The notes beneath the pieces were generated by a model. That model had not been told where the DNA came from, ran no database searches, and saw only the letters and a list, made by a program, of their open reading frames with translations. Source: Gracilinanus agilis (lineage: Eukaryota). Taken from it: 64,000 nt of DNA. The stretch spans positions 279,249,876 to 279,313,875 of the forward strand of contig NC_058135.1 in assembly GCF_016433145.1 (NCBI RefSeq), in the 5' to 3' direction. Shown in pieces: positions 51,089 through 61,699 of the stretch (the first letter of the stretch is position 1; each line of letters starts with the position of its first letter). Position numbers and translations under genes: made by a program.

Positions 51089-52012
51089 TGTAAAGGTTAA
51101 ATTTAGTGGTTGGGCTTAAATTATATAAAATAACCTGGCCACCAAAGTTATTATATCTCAAGTCAGAAGTTTATTTACCAAATTAGAGGGGAAACAATAA
51201 AGTAGAGAAATGTGAGAGAGATTAAAGAAAATACCTATACTAGTCCTCAGTCAGGAGGGCCAGTAGTGAGTAACTATGAGGCCTCCTCCAAGATGGAAGC
51301 TAGTCTCTTAGGAAACTAGGAAAGTAGTTAGCCCTTTTCACTCACCCAGTGAAGTAGTCCAGGAGTCAGAATCTAAGTTGAAGCCACAATTCATGCAGCA
51401 GTCCCCAATGAAGTTCCCTGGAAGACTTATCTCCAGGAGACACTCTCCATGAGACTCAACTTTATGAGACTGCCCAGCTCAAGGATTTCGTGGCTTTTAT
51501 GGTGGTTTCCTGTTCTTTCCTCTCTTCACAGGGTCCAATCATAGTTTCCAAATTGTCCAGCCCTGCTCAGGGCAGTGTCTGTGGGATTGACTTGTCACCT
51601 CTAAATGTGTTAATTCTCCTCCTAGGATTCATACATTTCTGAGTTTGGATTTTTTGAATCCAGTTTGGATTCAGCATGTTACTGAGTTATTACCCAGTTA
51701 ACACATGGGTTGCAGACTTCCACCTACTTAAAGTTAAGTAGGGGTGTCTTCCTTTTGGAGGTGTAAATTCCTGTAGTAAGAGTTTCCCTTACTTTAGAGT
51801 TTAGTATGGGTGTATTCACTTTTGTTGATTAATTAAAAAGCAAACAAAGGAGAGTTAATCCTGGCCTCACAATCTGGTTAGGTACTAAGTAGGAGTGTTT
51901 AAGTTATTGTTAACCAAAGTTTTAATTCCTACTAGGCAAAGAGAATAAAGGATTCCCTTTTTAAAAGTGTAAACTCAGAATAGACAAAGAGAACCAAGAA
52001 TTTCCTTTCACA
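51089..52012 (-). mobile_element. Solo LTR (ERV1-like)
   Basis: TG...CA ends, TSD aaaa/aaag. Empty site tagcaaagggat in unit A at about 28992. Terminal sequence shared with 26957-27759. Confidence 0.85.
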
Positions 52013-53204
52013 AAAGGGATAAGCCCTCATCACCCATTTATACCCATGAGTATTCCTATTCAAACACACTGAGGAGAAATATTAGATAGACTGAGACAGA
52101 GTAAACTAATTTAATTCAGAGATTGGTCCTTAATAGTTTGAAATTGCTGCATCCACTCTAATATCTAATAGATTATAAATGCTTAATGGCAGGGCCCATT
52201 TCCTATGTTCTTGATCTGTGTTGATCCCCACTGGTGGTAACAATGTTTTCTCTGTTTGAAATTTGTTAGATTATAAAACTTTGTTCTTTGCCTCATTAAT
52301 ACACTTATGCAGTGTCCTCTGAAATTATAAATCTTGCAACAGAGGATCTTTCCTGATGCGGAAGTCCTAGGCAAAGATTAAGGACGACCACTTTTCTGAT
52401 TCATTTCTTCTCAAGTGACCTTCTCCTGGTTTATAGCCTGGGAATGTCAGTATTTAATTCTTTCCATATCAGGGGTAGGTAATAACCCTCCTGAGAAGCA
52501 TCCAAGTTCACAAGGACTATGAGCAGGCCAAAAAAAAATCAAATGTGTTCATTGTGTTCACAAGAAAGTAATACTTCCTTCCAAGGAGCAAGTCTGCTAT
52601 CAGGAGACTGGATAACATCAGACACTTAATATGTGTAAGGTGCCTCTTCAGTTGATAAACCCTTCTGTGTCCCTTATACCTAATTATCTCCTCTAAGGAC
52701 CTTCAGACCACCTGAACAAGGTAGATATGTCCACAATTCTCCAGATGTGATTCTCTTTATTCTTTAGCTTTTCTCTGTAGCATCAGTGTTATTCCCCTGT
52801 CCTCATTCCAGGTAGCATTTCCCAGGCAGGAAGCTATCCTGTATCTCTTTTAACTACAATATCCAAGAGAAGAGTAAACTCCCAATATCTTCCTTTCTCT
52901 AATTTTCTAAAAGCTTGTTACTCATCAGGATACTCATTTTTCTACCTCTGACTGTCTTGGAGCCCACATGAACTAAGGCTTCCTCTCTCTTGAATATTCT
53001 TGTTTCTCACTCTGGACATCTTCCTGTGATATATGATTACGGATGTACTGGGAACATGGGCAGGCAAAACCAAGTTATCTATTGGTGGGGATCATATGGG
53101 TAGAAATTTACACATTTTTCTCCTTTCTCTAAATATTTTGACTAATGTGTTTTGATCTCTCCTTTGCTCCCATCACCACTCATTTTGTATTATATGTTTG
53201 TTTG

Positions 53205-53389
53205 TTTTTAATTTTAAACCCTTAACTTCTGTGTATTGACTTATAGGTGGAAGAGTGGTAAGGGTGGGCCATGGGGGTCAAATGACTTGCCCAGGGTCAC
53301 ACAGCTGGGAAGTGTCTGAGGCCGAATTTGAACCTAGGACCTCCCGTCTCTAGGCCTGGCTCTCAATCCACTGAGCTACCCAGCTGCCC
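53205..53389 (-). mobile_element. SINE1_Mdo-like SINE
   Basis: TSD gtattatatgttt. Confidence 0.9.
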
Positions 53390-53700
53390 TGGTATTATAT
53401 GTTTTTTGACATTTTGTCAACCTCCTAGTTCAATATAAGCTCAAAGAAGGCATAGATTGTCATTACAAATCAATACATTTTACTTTATAAGTAAAGCCAA
53501 GTACCATAGATATTGAGATCTTCTTTATAATAAGGAAAAAAAGCAAAAACTATCTCCCAACCCATTTTATTAGACAACATAGACAACATATTGTGATTCT
53601 GGAACTCTTTTTTTTTTTTGGTCTTATATCATCACCTTGTTCAATGTCTTAAAAACAGTAGATCTTTAATAAACTGTTAGTTTTATCAATGAATGATAGT

Positions 53701-53905
53701 GAGGGCAGCTAGGTGGCTCAGTGAATTGAGAGCCAGGCCCAGAGATGGGAGGTCCTAGGTTCAAATCTAGCCTCAGACACTTCCTTGCTGTGTAACCCTG
53801 GGCAAGTCAATTAACCCCCATTGTCTAGCCCTTACTGCTCTTCTGCCTTAGAACCAATATACAGTATTGATTCTAAGATGGAAGGTAAGAGTTAAAAAAA
53901 ATAAT
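53701..53905 (+). mobile_element. SINE1_Mdo-like SINE
   Basis: TSD aatgaatgatagtg. Confidence 0.9.
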
Positions 53906-55619
53906 AAATGAATGATAGTGACCCTGTGTTTCTCTGTTTTTCCCTTCTGACTATAATTTCCATAGGGATAGGTTCTGTGTATTCTAATTTTTTTTATCTC
54001 CTCTAGTACTGAACACCAAGCTCTTTACAAAGTAAGCATTTAACATATGTTTATTGTATACTTTTAAGGATCTAGCACAGTGTTTGTCTCTTAATAAGTA
54101 TCCATTAAATACTTGTAGAATAAGTGAGAAAACAAATGAATGAATAGATAGAGAGGTCTCAAAACTTCCTTCAAACACAGCTAGAAATAATACATTTCTC
54201 CCTGAAGCTGCCTACCATGCTTAATACCTGATATTAATCAGCCCAAGGTTTCAGTAATGATCCTATATTTCTACATTGACAAAGCAATTTCTTGTCCATT
54301 ATCCCATGTGATCTGTAAAAGGCCATTAGAGGAAGGTGGATCAGTCATTATTATCTCCATGATTAATATAAGTTAACTTTGACTTAGAAGTTCTAGAATT
54401 TCTTTCCATATAGACAGAAACCAGTTGGTAACCAACTAAAAATCTCCTGCTGGACTCAGGCTGATTTCACTGTGATGGTGTTACTATAAACATGTCTGCT
54501 CTCAAGCACTATAGTAAGAATATAATATAGTAAGATAGAATGGGATGAGTAGAGCAGACATATTTACAGTAACACTGTCAATCTCCAAGAAAAGGTCAGA
54601 GGAGATCTTGGTCTGCTAGGGGAGAAATAAAAGCAATAAGAAGCTTTGATAATGGATGTTATCTAACATTGGGCTGAATTCTTCACTCAATCTAATTTTT
54701 CCTTTATTTCCAACCAAATTTGTGGCACAATTAATTTTTTGTGTATATATGTGAACACACTCATGAGTATAAATATATGCAGTCATGTGTACACATGTGT
54801 ATAATGCACACTTGTGGATATAAACATCTGAGTCACTGGTTCCAACCAGATCCAATTCTAGTAAAGGGATCTGCATCACCACTGCACTACAGACAATATG
54901 AGTGCTCTCTTGGTCTGTGATACCACCTGAAATGCTGGGCAATAATGATTGCTAGTCTAGACAATAGCTTTATACTCTTACTCTCACCAGAAATTCAAGC
55001 AAGAAATGACTCTACTTTAATGCCAAGAGAACCACCACAAAGAGAACTCTACCAATGTCTCCTCAATTCATTTTTTGCCTACATTTGGACTTTGGCAGAA
55101 TTCCTTTTTAAGTAGATCCTGTTGACTTTTAAAAAGTAATCAAAGCAATGAACCTATAAAGAGTTTCATTAGCTACCTCCTGAAAATCATCAGTCCAGAA
55201 TTTGACAGTGTGATGAGCCAAAACTTTTCCCTTCAGGGAGAACTGGAGTGGCAGGACAGGACGGGGGATGGAGACAGACACAGTTAGAATACTTCATGGC
55301 TTGACTATGGGCAAGATTTAATAACCAAGGACTTCCACTAAATTCTTTATTCATTTAACCTGGTATAAAGGAAAGAGTTGGTCTTGTATCCAGGAATTTG
55401 CATTTGAATTTTCCCTCTAGGCACTTACTAGCTCTGTGACATTCATACTTGTTGTATTTGAAGATAATGGTTGTACTTGCCACAGTCTGAAATATTTACA
55501 AAGCAAAACAAAATTTCATCCTTCTTCATCAAACTTAAAATAAAACTCCAGTGAACTTAATTTCTCTCCTTCATTCAGAAATGGTCAGTAAATTTCATTA
55601 GAATTTAAATTCTAATTTA

Positions 55620-55786
55620 ATTAGTGGATTCAGAGCCAGGCCTAGAGATGGGAGGTCCTAGGTTAAATCTGGCCTCAGACACTTCCCAGCTGTGCGACCC
55701 TGGGCAAGTCACTTGACCCCCATTGCCCACCCTTACCACTCTTCCACCTAGGAGCCAATACATAGAAGTTAAGGGTTTAAAAAAAA
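55620..55786 (+). mobile_element. SINE1_Mdo-like SINE, 5' truncated
   Basis: TSD gaatttaaattc. Confidence 0.88.
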
Positions 55787-55913
55787 GAATTTAAATTCCT
55801 CAAAGGCAGGGATTATCTTTTATTTCTTTATCCCCCAACCTTGACACAGTATCTGCCATATAACACATATGTAGCAAATGCTTTTAAAATAGATTGATTC
55901 TGAGCAGGTCTGG

Positions 55914-56861
55914 TTATCTGGTACTGGTCATGACTTTTTTCAGAGCATTTTTGACATCCTTGTTCCGAAGGGTATAAATGAGGGGATTAAGCAGGGGAGT
56001 GACAAAGGTATAGACCAAGGCCAGCTGCCGACCCTCGTCCTCTTGGGTGTTTGATGGAGGACGTAAATAGACCAAACTGCAGCAGCCATATTGTAGCAGA
56101 ACCACAGTGAGATGGGAGGAACATGTGGAAAAGGCCCTCTTCCGGCCCTCAGCTGAGCGAATGTGCAAGATGGTGTTGGCAATGAAGACATAGGAGATGC
56201 AGATAAGCAGGAATGGGATAGTCAGGACAATGATACTCACCACATAGAGAACAGCCTGGTGAATGTGTGTATCAGCACAGGCCAATCTTAGGACAGGTGG
56301 CACATCACAGAAGAAGTGTTTGATTTCCCTGTGGTACCCACAGAAGGGCAAGGTAAAGACCAGTGCTGTGAGTTGCAGAGCCAGAAAAAGAGCCAGGCTC
56401 AGGGAGCCAGCCACCATCTGGATACAGAGCCTCTGGGTCATGATGAGAGTATAGTGCAATGGATGACAGATGGCCACATAGCGGTCATATGCCATGACAG
56501 CCAGTAGGAAACAATCAGTGCCCCCAAGGGCGATAAAAAAGAACATTTGGACTCCACAGCCAGCGAGTGGAATTGGCTTCTGGGCACCAAAGATGTTAGA
56601 GAGCATCAATGGTACCAGAGTAGTGGTATAACAGATCTCCAGGAAGGACAGGTTGGATAGGAAGAAGTACATGGGGGTGTGCAGGGAACTATGGGTAAAC
56701 ACAGCCCAGACGATGGCAGTGTTCCCACAGAGAATCATCACATAGAGAAGGAGGAAAAAACAGAAGAGGAGGGCCTGGATTGTAAGTGAAGTGGAGAACA
56801 CTTGGAACACAAATTCAATGGGACCAGACTGGTTGAGCTGGAGTGTGTTGTAAGAAGGCAT
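55914..56861 (-). CDS. OR10Q1-like: Olfactory receptor, OR10Q-family paralog, intact (315 aa)
   Basis: Full 7TM OR ORF with all hallmark motifs. Same length and C-terminus (KKVMTSTR) as 34053-35000. Confidence 0.92.
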   Translation of the reverse strand: MPSYNTLQLNQSGPIEFVFQVFSTSLTIQALLFCFFLLLYVMILCGNTAIVWAVFTHSSLHTPMYFFLSNLSFLEICYTTTLVPLMLSNIFGAQKPIPLAGCGVQMFFFIALGGTDCFLLAVMAYDRYVAICHPLHYTLIMTQRLCIQMVAGSLSLALFLALQLTALVFTLPFCGYHREIKHFFCDVPPVLRLACADTHIHQAVLYVVSIIVLTIPFLLICISYVFIANTILHIRSAEGRKRAFSTCSSHLTVVLLQYGCCSLVYLRPPSNTQEDEGRQLALVYTFVTPLLNPLIYTLRNKDVKNALKKVMTSTR

Positions 56862-56885
56862 CTCTCACCTGCCAAAGAAAAACAG
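56862..56885 (-). promoter_or_regulatory. Splice acceptor of third OR10Q coding exon (cAG|GTGAGAG ATG)
   Basis: tttctttggcag at 56870-56869, 7 nt before ATG. Confidence 0.75.
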
Positions 56886-57459
56886 AAAATTTATCCCAGT
56901 TACTAGATATAATAAAAAACTAAATCATTGAGTTGTGGAAGCCTGAGCACTTTCAAAGATCACTTTAGATAAATCACTTCACACTTATGTGGGTCAGTAT
57001 TTTTTAAATGAATTATTAAAGGTTTTATTAAATGTCCTCTAAGTACTCTTTCAATTTTGATATTTTATTTTCAATATTCTGAAGTCACTTTTAGCCCGGA
57101 CATTATAGGTTCTAAGTTTTTGTTTTCAAGAATAGGTCCTTCCTTAGAGATGTCTTCTGTTTTTGCATTGCATATTCTATTCCCTCCCTTTTCCAGAAAA
57201 TATCTCTTATGGCAAATAATTTAAGAATAAAACTATCACTTATATACCACTTTAAAGATAGCAAAATACTGTATGTGTCATTTCACGAGATCATCATTAT
57301 CACCCTGTGACTAAGTGCTATCAGTATCTTCATTTTACATGAGGGAACTGAGGTGGATCATGTTTCTGTCTGGACAGATTTGAATTCAGGTCTCCTTGAG
57401 TCCATGTCTAACACTCTTATCCACTATACTGCCTTAGTTGCCCTTAAATAGCTTTTTTT

Positions 57460-57663
57460 TTTAAATTTATTTTTATTTATTTATTTTTAAGCCCTTAACT
57501 TCTGTGTATTGGTTCCTTGGTAGAAGAGTGGTAAGGGTGGGCAATGGAGGTCAAGTGACTTGCCCAGGGTCACACAGCTGGGAAGTGTCTGAGGCTGGAT
57601 TTGATCCTAGGACCTCCTGTCTCTAGGCCTGGCTCTCAATCCACTGAGCTACCCAGCTGCCCC
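57460..57663 (-). mobile_element. SINE1_Mdo-like SINE
   Basis: TSD ccttaaatag. Confidence 0.9.
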
Positions 57664-58602
57664 CCTTAAATAGTTTTAAGAAAAGAAGAGAAAAATTCAT
57701 TTCCTGCATTGTTGTACAATCAACAATGCAATGACTTTCCTGCCTCTGCATAACCCTTCCAGTAGAGACTATTCTCATCTTTTGTCATCTTTTTCCAAGT
57801 TTCTGGTTGAGGGGGAAAAAAATTTCAGAATTTTTGGATTTATATTGTTCTTATTATGGGTAATTCATAGCATTATTTGAAATAATTGTTGACAATTTTT
57901 TTTCTTGAATGAAATTTTTTTGTCTAAATCATTTGATCACTTGTTTGTTGGGAATGGCTTTTAGCTTCATATATTTCTTGTAGTTCTTTATATATTGTGT
58001 ATATCAGAGACTGGTATGGAATATATCAATTATATCTCTCACCAGAGATATTTGAAACAAACATTTTCCCAGACCAACTACTTTACTTCTTATCTTAGAT
58101 GAATTAATTTTAATTGAGTGAAAACTTCAAAATTTTATGTACTAACATTTTTCATTTTGTCTTTTGTAATTGCTTCTGTTTCTTATTTAATTTACTCATC
58201 ACCTTCCTGTAGCTATCAAAGGTATATGACTTACTTCTCTTTTATTTTTATGTTCTGATATTTAATATTCAAATTTCCTATTCAATGTGAATTATTATAG
58301 AATATGATATAGGATCTTCTTCTAAGACTAATTTTCTAGGCTGTTTTCCAATTTTAAAAATGATTTCCTAATTTCTTATTATTTTATGTTTTCAGGTTTA
58401 TCAAATATATTTTATCTTCCTTGGTTAGTGTTGATCTTTTCTATTTTTTGACCAAGACCAAGTGGTTTTAATATTTTTATTTTATAATATGTTCTCAATT
58501 ATAAGGTGATTCTCAGCTGTTATTCCATGTTTAATAGTCAAAGATTTCTTCCACTTCTGGCACTTTATGTGACTCTACCCATATACCTCATACCCATATA
58601 CC

Positions 58603-58868
58603 TGTAAGATTTAAATTAACATCTAATACTATAATAATATTATATTTTATAAAGTTTATTAATAATCACTTGAAGTAAAGGAATAAAAAGGTAATTATCT
58701 AACAAAATATAAGGTCACATTGCCAATCATCTCACACCACCTGCACCAAATGGGATCACAGGAAGAGAGAGTGAGAGGTGGGGATACACCAAATTTATAT
58801 CCTACCTAACGTCAGCACATAATATCAAAAGGAGAGTGGGGTGCTGGGAATTGTAGTTCTAGGGTACA
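58603..58868 (-). mobile_element. Short LTR-like element
   Basis: TGTAAGATTTAAATT...GGGTACA ends, tttatt signal. TSD not evident. Confidence 0.5.
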
Positions 58869-58879
58869 GAAATAGACAA

Positions 58880-59112
58880 GCACTAGTTAAGTATTGGCAT
58901 GTGTGCCATCCCCAACATGGGGGAACTGCTCTGTTCCCTCTTTTCCCAGCGCACAAGGACATTTTTTGCATGCCTTACCCTTCTGTCCAGCCACCCAAAA
59001 CAAGCACTTCCTCCCTCAACTCTCTTCCTCCAGTAATGGTGGGGAGTGGAGGTCACAGACAACTTGAATTTGCCCTCCTGGCACTTGAACTCAAAAACCT
59101 TTACCAAAACTG
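58880..59112. mobile_element. Decayed hAT MITE (OposCharlie-like)
   Basis: ggcatgtgtgcca near the left end and accttt/accaaaactg at the right end resemble OC1-type non-autonomous elements. Confidence 0.45.
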
Positions 59113-59128
59113 GCCTAGACTATTTCAA

Positions 59129-59186
59129 TAACCCACCACTAGCAACCAAACTCAATCCCCCCATAGATAGGTGAAGACTTAGAAGT
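59129..59186 (-). pseudogene. MT-ND6: Second short ND6-derived NUMT fragment
   Basis: acccaccactagcaaccaaactcaatccccccatagataggtgaagacttagaagt encodes SKSSPIYGG(fs)LSLVASGG on the minus strand. Overlaps the ND6 segment at 60838-60892. Confidence 0.75.
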
Positions 59187-59619
59187 ATCTAAATACTTCT
59201 TTTTTTTCCTTCACTGCTATTCATCTTCCACTCGGCTGCCATTTGGGTTTTTCTTGGCAAAGATACTGGTGTGGTTGGTCATCTCCTTGTCTTGTTCATT
59301 TTATAGAGACAAACACAGTTAAGAGACTTGCCCAGTGTCACATGGCTAGTAAGGGTCTGAGACCATATTTGAACTCACAAAGATAAGACTTTCTGACTCC
59401 AGACTTGGCACTCTATCCACTGTAGCTAAAGGGCTTTACAATTATATTATTAATCCTTATCACAACTCTGGGAAATAGATTTTAAAAGTCTTTACAGGTG
59501 AGGAAACAGGCAGGTGGAGGTTAAGTGACTTGCTCAGTGTCACATAGCTCATAAATATTTAAGACTAGATTTGAACTTGTGTTCCTGACTCCAGATCCAG
59601 TGTCCTATCCAGTCTTCCT

Positions 59620-59820
59620 TTTTTTAAAAACCATTACCTTATGTCTTGGAATCAATACTATGTATTGGTTCCCAGGCAGAAGAGTGGCAAGGGCTAGGCA
59701 ATGGGGGTTAAGTGACTTGCCCAAGGTCACACAACTAGGAAGTGTCTGAGGTCAAATTTGAAACCAGGACCTCCCGTCTCTGAGCCTGACTCTCAATCAA
59801 CTGAGCTACCTAGCTGCCCC
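59620..59820 (-). mobile_element. SINE1_Mdo-like SINE
   Basis: TSD ccagtctt. Confidence 0.88.
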
Positions 59821-59919
59821 CCAGTCTTTATCTTGATTTCCTATGAAGTAGGCACCAGAGTCCTTACTGTTCTTGGATTTCCTGATCCACAGTTCTCCTA
59901 GTTTTCTTTTTCTTTAAGA

Positions 59920-60103
59920 AAAAAAGCCCTTACCTTCCATCATACTGTGAATTGGTTCCAAAGAAGAGCAGTAAGGGCTAGGAAATGGAGGTTAAGGGAT
60001 TTGCCCAGAGTCACATAGCTCGGAAGTGTCTGAGATCAAATTTGGATCTAAACCCTCCCATCTCTAGGTTTCAATCTCAATCTAACAAGTCACCTAGCTT
60101 CCC
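59920..60103 (-). mobile_element. SINE1_Mdo-like SINE
   Basis: TSD ttctcctagtttt. Confidence 0.88.
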
Positions 60104-60310
60104 CTTCTCCTAGTTTTTTGATGGTAGATGAATAGGGTTTTCCAAACCTGATTCCTGGCATGTAGCAAGATTATCTGACTTCAAAGCCAGTTTTTTTTGA
60201 TACTGCACCATGCTAAATTTACTTCTATTGGTATTGATAGAATGCCAACCATGCCTTTTCATCTTATATGTTTGTGGAACTGGTTTTGCTGACCTGGTCA
60301 GTTCAGGTTT

Positions 60311-60335
60311 CTGAGATGTAAATTATGGCTGACTG
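60311..60335 (+). pseudogene. MT-CYB: Short CYTB-derived fragment (RDVNYGWL region) running into assembly gap
   Basis: ctgagatgtaaattatggctgactg matches 61234-61255 at 21/22 nt. Confidence 0.65.
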
Positions 60336-60513
60336 NNNNNNNNNNNNNNNNNNNNNNNNNNNNNNNNNNNNNNNNNNNNNNNNNNNNNNNNNNNNNNNNN
60401 NNNNNNNNNNNNNNNNNNNNNNNNNNNNNNNNNNNNNNNNNNNNNNNNNNNNNNNNNNNNNNNNNNNNNNNNNNNNNNNNNNNNNNNNNNNNNNNNNNNN
60501 NNNNNNNNNNNNN
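60336..60513. other. Assembly gap (178 N)
   Basis: Run of N. A single N also occurs at 43930. Confidence 1.
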
Positions 60514-60546
60514 TATATATATATATATACACACATATATATATAC

Positions 60547-60580
<34 letters not shown>

Positions 60581-60582
<2 letters not shown>

Positions 60583-60953
60583 CCTAAAACAGTATCTTCT
60601 AAACCAGTGATGGGCAAACTTTTTAAAGAGGGGGCCAAAGGAAAGGAAATGCTCATCTGTCAGTCTGTTTCTAAGGCAACTCTTTCCATGTTTCATTGTA
60701 TTATATCCTACTCATTGTATTTGTTAGATTAGGAATAATGTGGCTGGGCTGGAGAGAACATTTCAGGGGGCTGCATGTGGCCCACAGCTGGCTGTAGTTT
60801 GCCCATCACTGTTCTAAACTAACAACAGTTGCACAACCTAACCCACACTACCAACCAAACTCAATCCCCCATAGACAGGTGAAGTTTAAAAGTGAAAGCT
60901 ACAAACTGAACAATTAATACCAAAGAAAAGAAGAAAATAATGATCATTTTCAT
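60581..60953 (-). pseudogene. MT-ND6: NUMT: 5' part of mitochondrial ND6, frameshifted and interrupted by a hAT MITE
   Basis: Minus strand from ATG at 60953 reads MKMIIIFFFSLVLIVQFVAF, then a frameshifted KPSP(I/V)YGGLSLV-like segment, and LEDTVLG across the MITE. Matches marsupial ND6 N-terminus and mitochondrial gene order. Confidence 0.85.
60605..60811. mobile_element. hAT MITE (207 bp) inserted in NUMT ND6
   Basis: Perfect 16-bp TIR cagtgatgggcaaact and perfect 8-bp TSD ttctaaac. Confidence 0.93.
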
Positions 60954-61021
60954 TATTTAGTATGGACTCTAACCATAACCTGTGACACGAAAAGCCATTG
61001 TTGTATTTCAACTACAAAATC
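60954..61021 (-). pseudogene. MT-TE: NUMT: mitochondrial tRNA-Glu copy
   Basis: gtatggactctaaccataacctgtgacacgaaaagccattgttgtatttcaactacaaaa lies between the ND6 start and the CYTB start, as in mammalian mtDNA. Confidence 0.85.
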
Positions 61022-61024
61022 CTA

Positions 61025-61255
61025 ATGACTAACCTACACAGAAACCACCCACTTATAAAAATCATCAACCACTCCTTCATTGATTTATCAGCACCATCTA
61101 TCGTTTCAGGCTGATGAAACTTGGGCTCCCTTCTTGGGATCTGCCTGGTTATGCAAATCCTAGCAGGACTATTTCTAGCTATACGTTACCCAGCAGACAC
61201 CCTCACAGCCTTCTCATCAGTAGCCCACATCAGCTGAGATGTAAACTATGGCTGA
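61025..61255 (+). pseudogene. MT-CYB: NUMT: first 77 codons of cytochrome b
   Basis: In the vertebrate mitochondrial code reads [76 protein letters not shown] with no indels. Confidence 0.93.
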
Positions 61256-61699
61256 AGGATTTGAAACCTATAAGGCCTGAATTAGCTGAAACCTAAACTG
61301 GCCTGAAAGAAGTTTCAGTGTAAAAAAAGATGCTCTGAGTCTGGATGAGTAACGATGTCAAGGGAAAGAACCCTGGAGACCTGGGACATTTCTCCTCTGC
61401 ACTTAAGGTTCATCCTTTTAGGACTCATATAAGGTTAATAAAACATTCCAGACAGTGCATTCATGCCTCGGAAATATACAGAGACCTTGAAGATGGCGCT
61501 CAGTACATTGGGCAGCTTTTCTAAGGTGGGTTTATGGGAAGACATGGATGAAAATGATATCAGATGAAAAGGCATGATTTTATACATACCAGTAGAGGTA
61601 AATTACTCCTCCCTCAGCATGGAGCAGTTCAAAGAACACTGGATTTGGAGTCAGATCAGGATTTGAATACAAGTTCTGCCACCAACTTCAGTGTGGCAA

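Noticed and set aside
61256-61560. Possible continuation of the NUMT as 16S rRNA or a processed pseudogene
   Set aside because: I could not match it to mtDNA or any protein, and all frames have stops.
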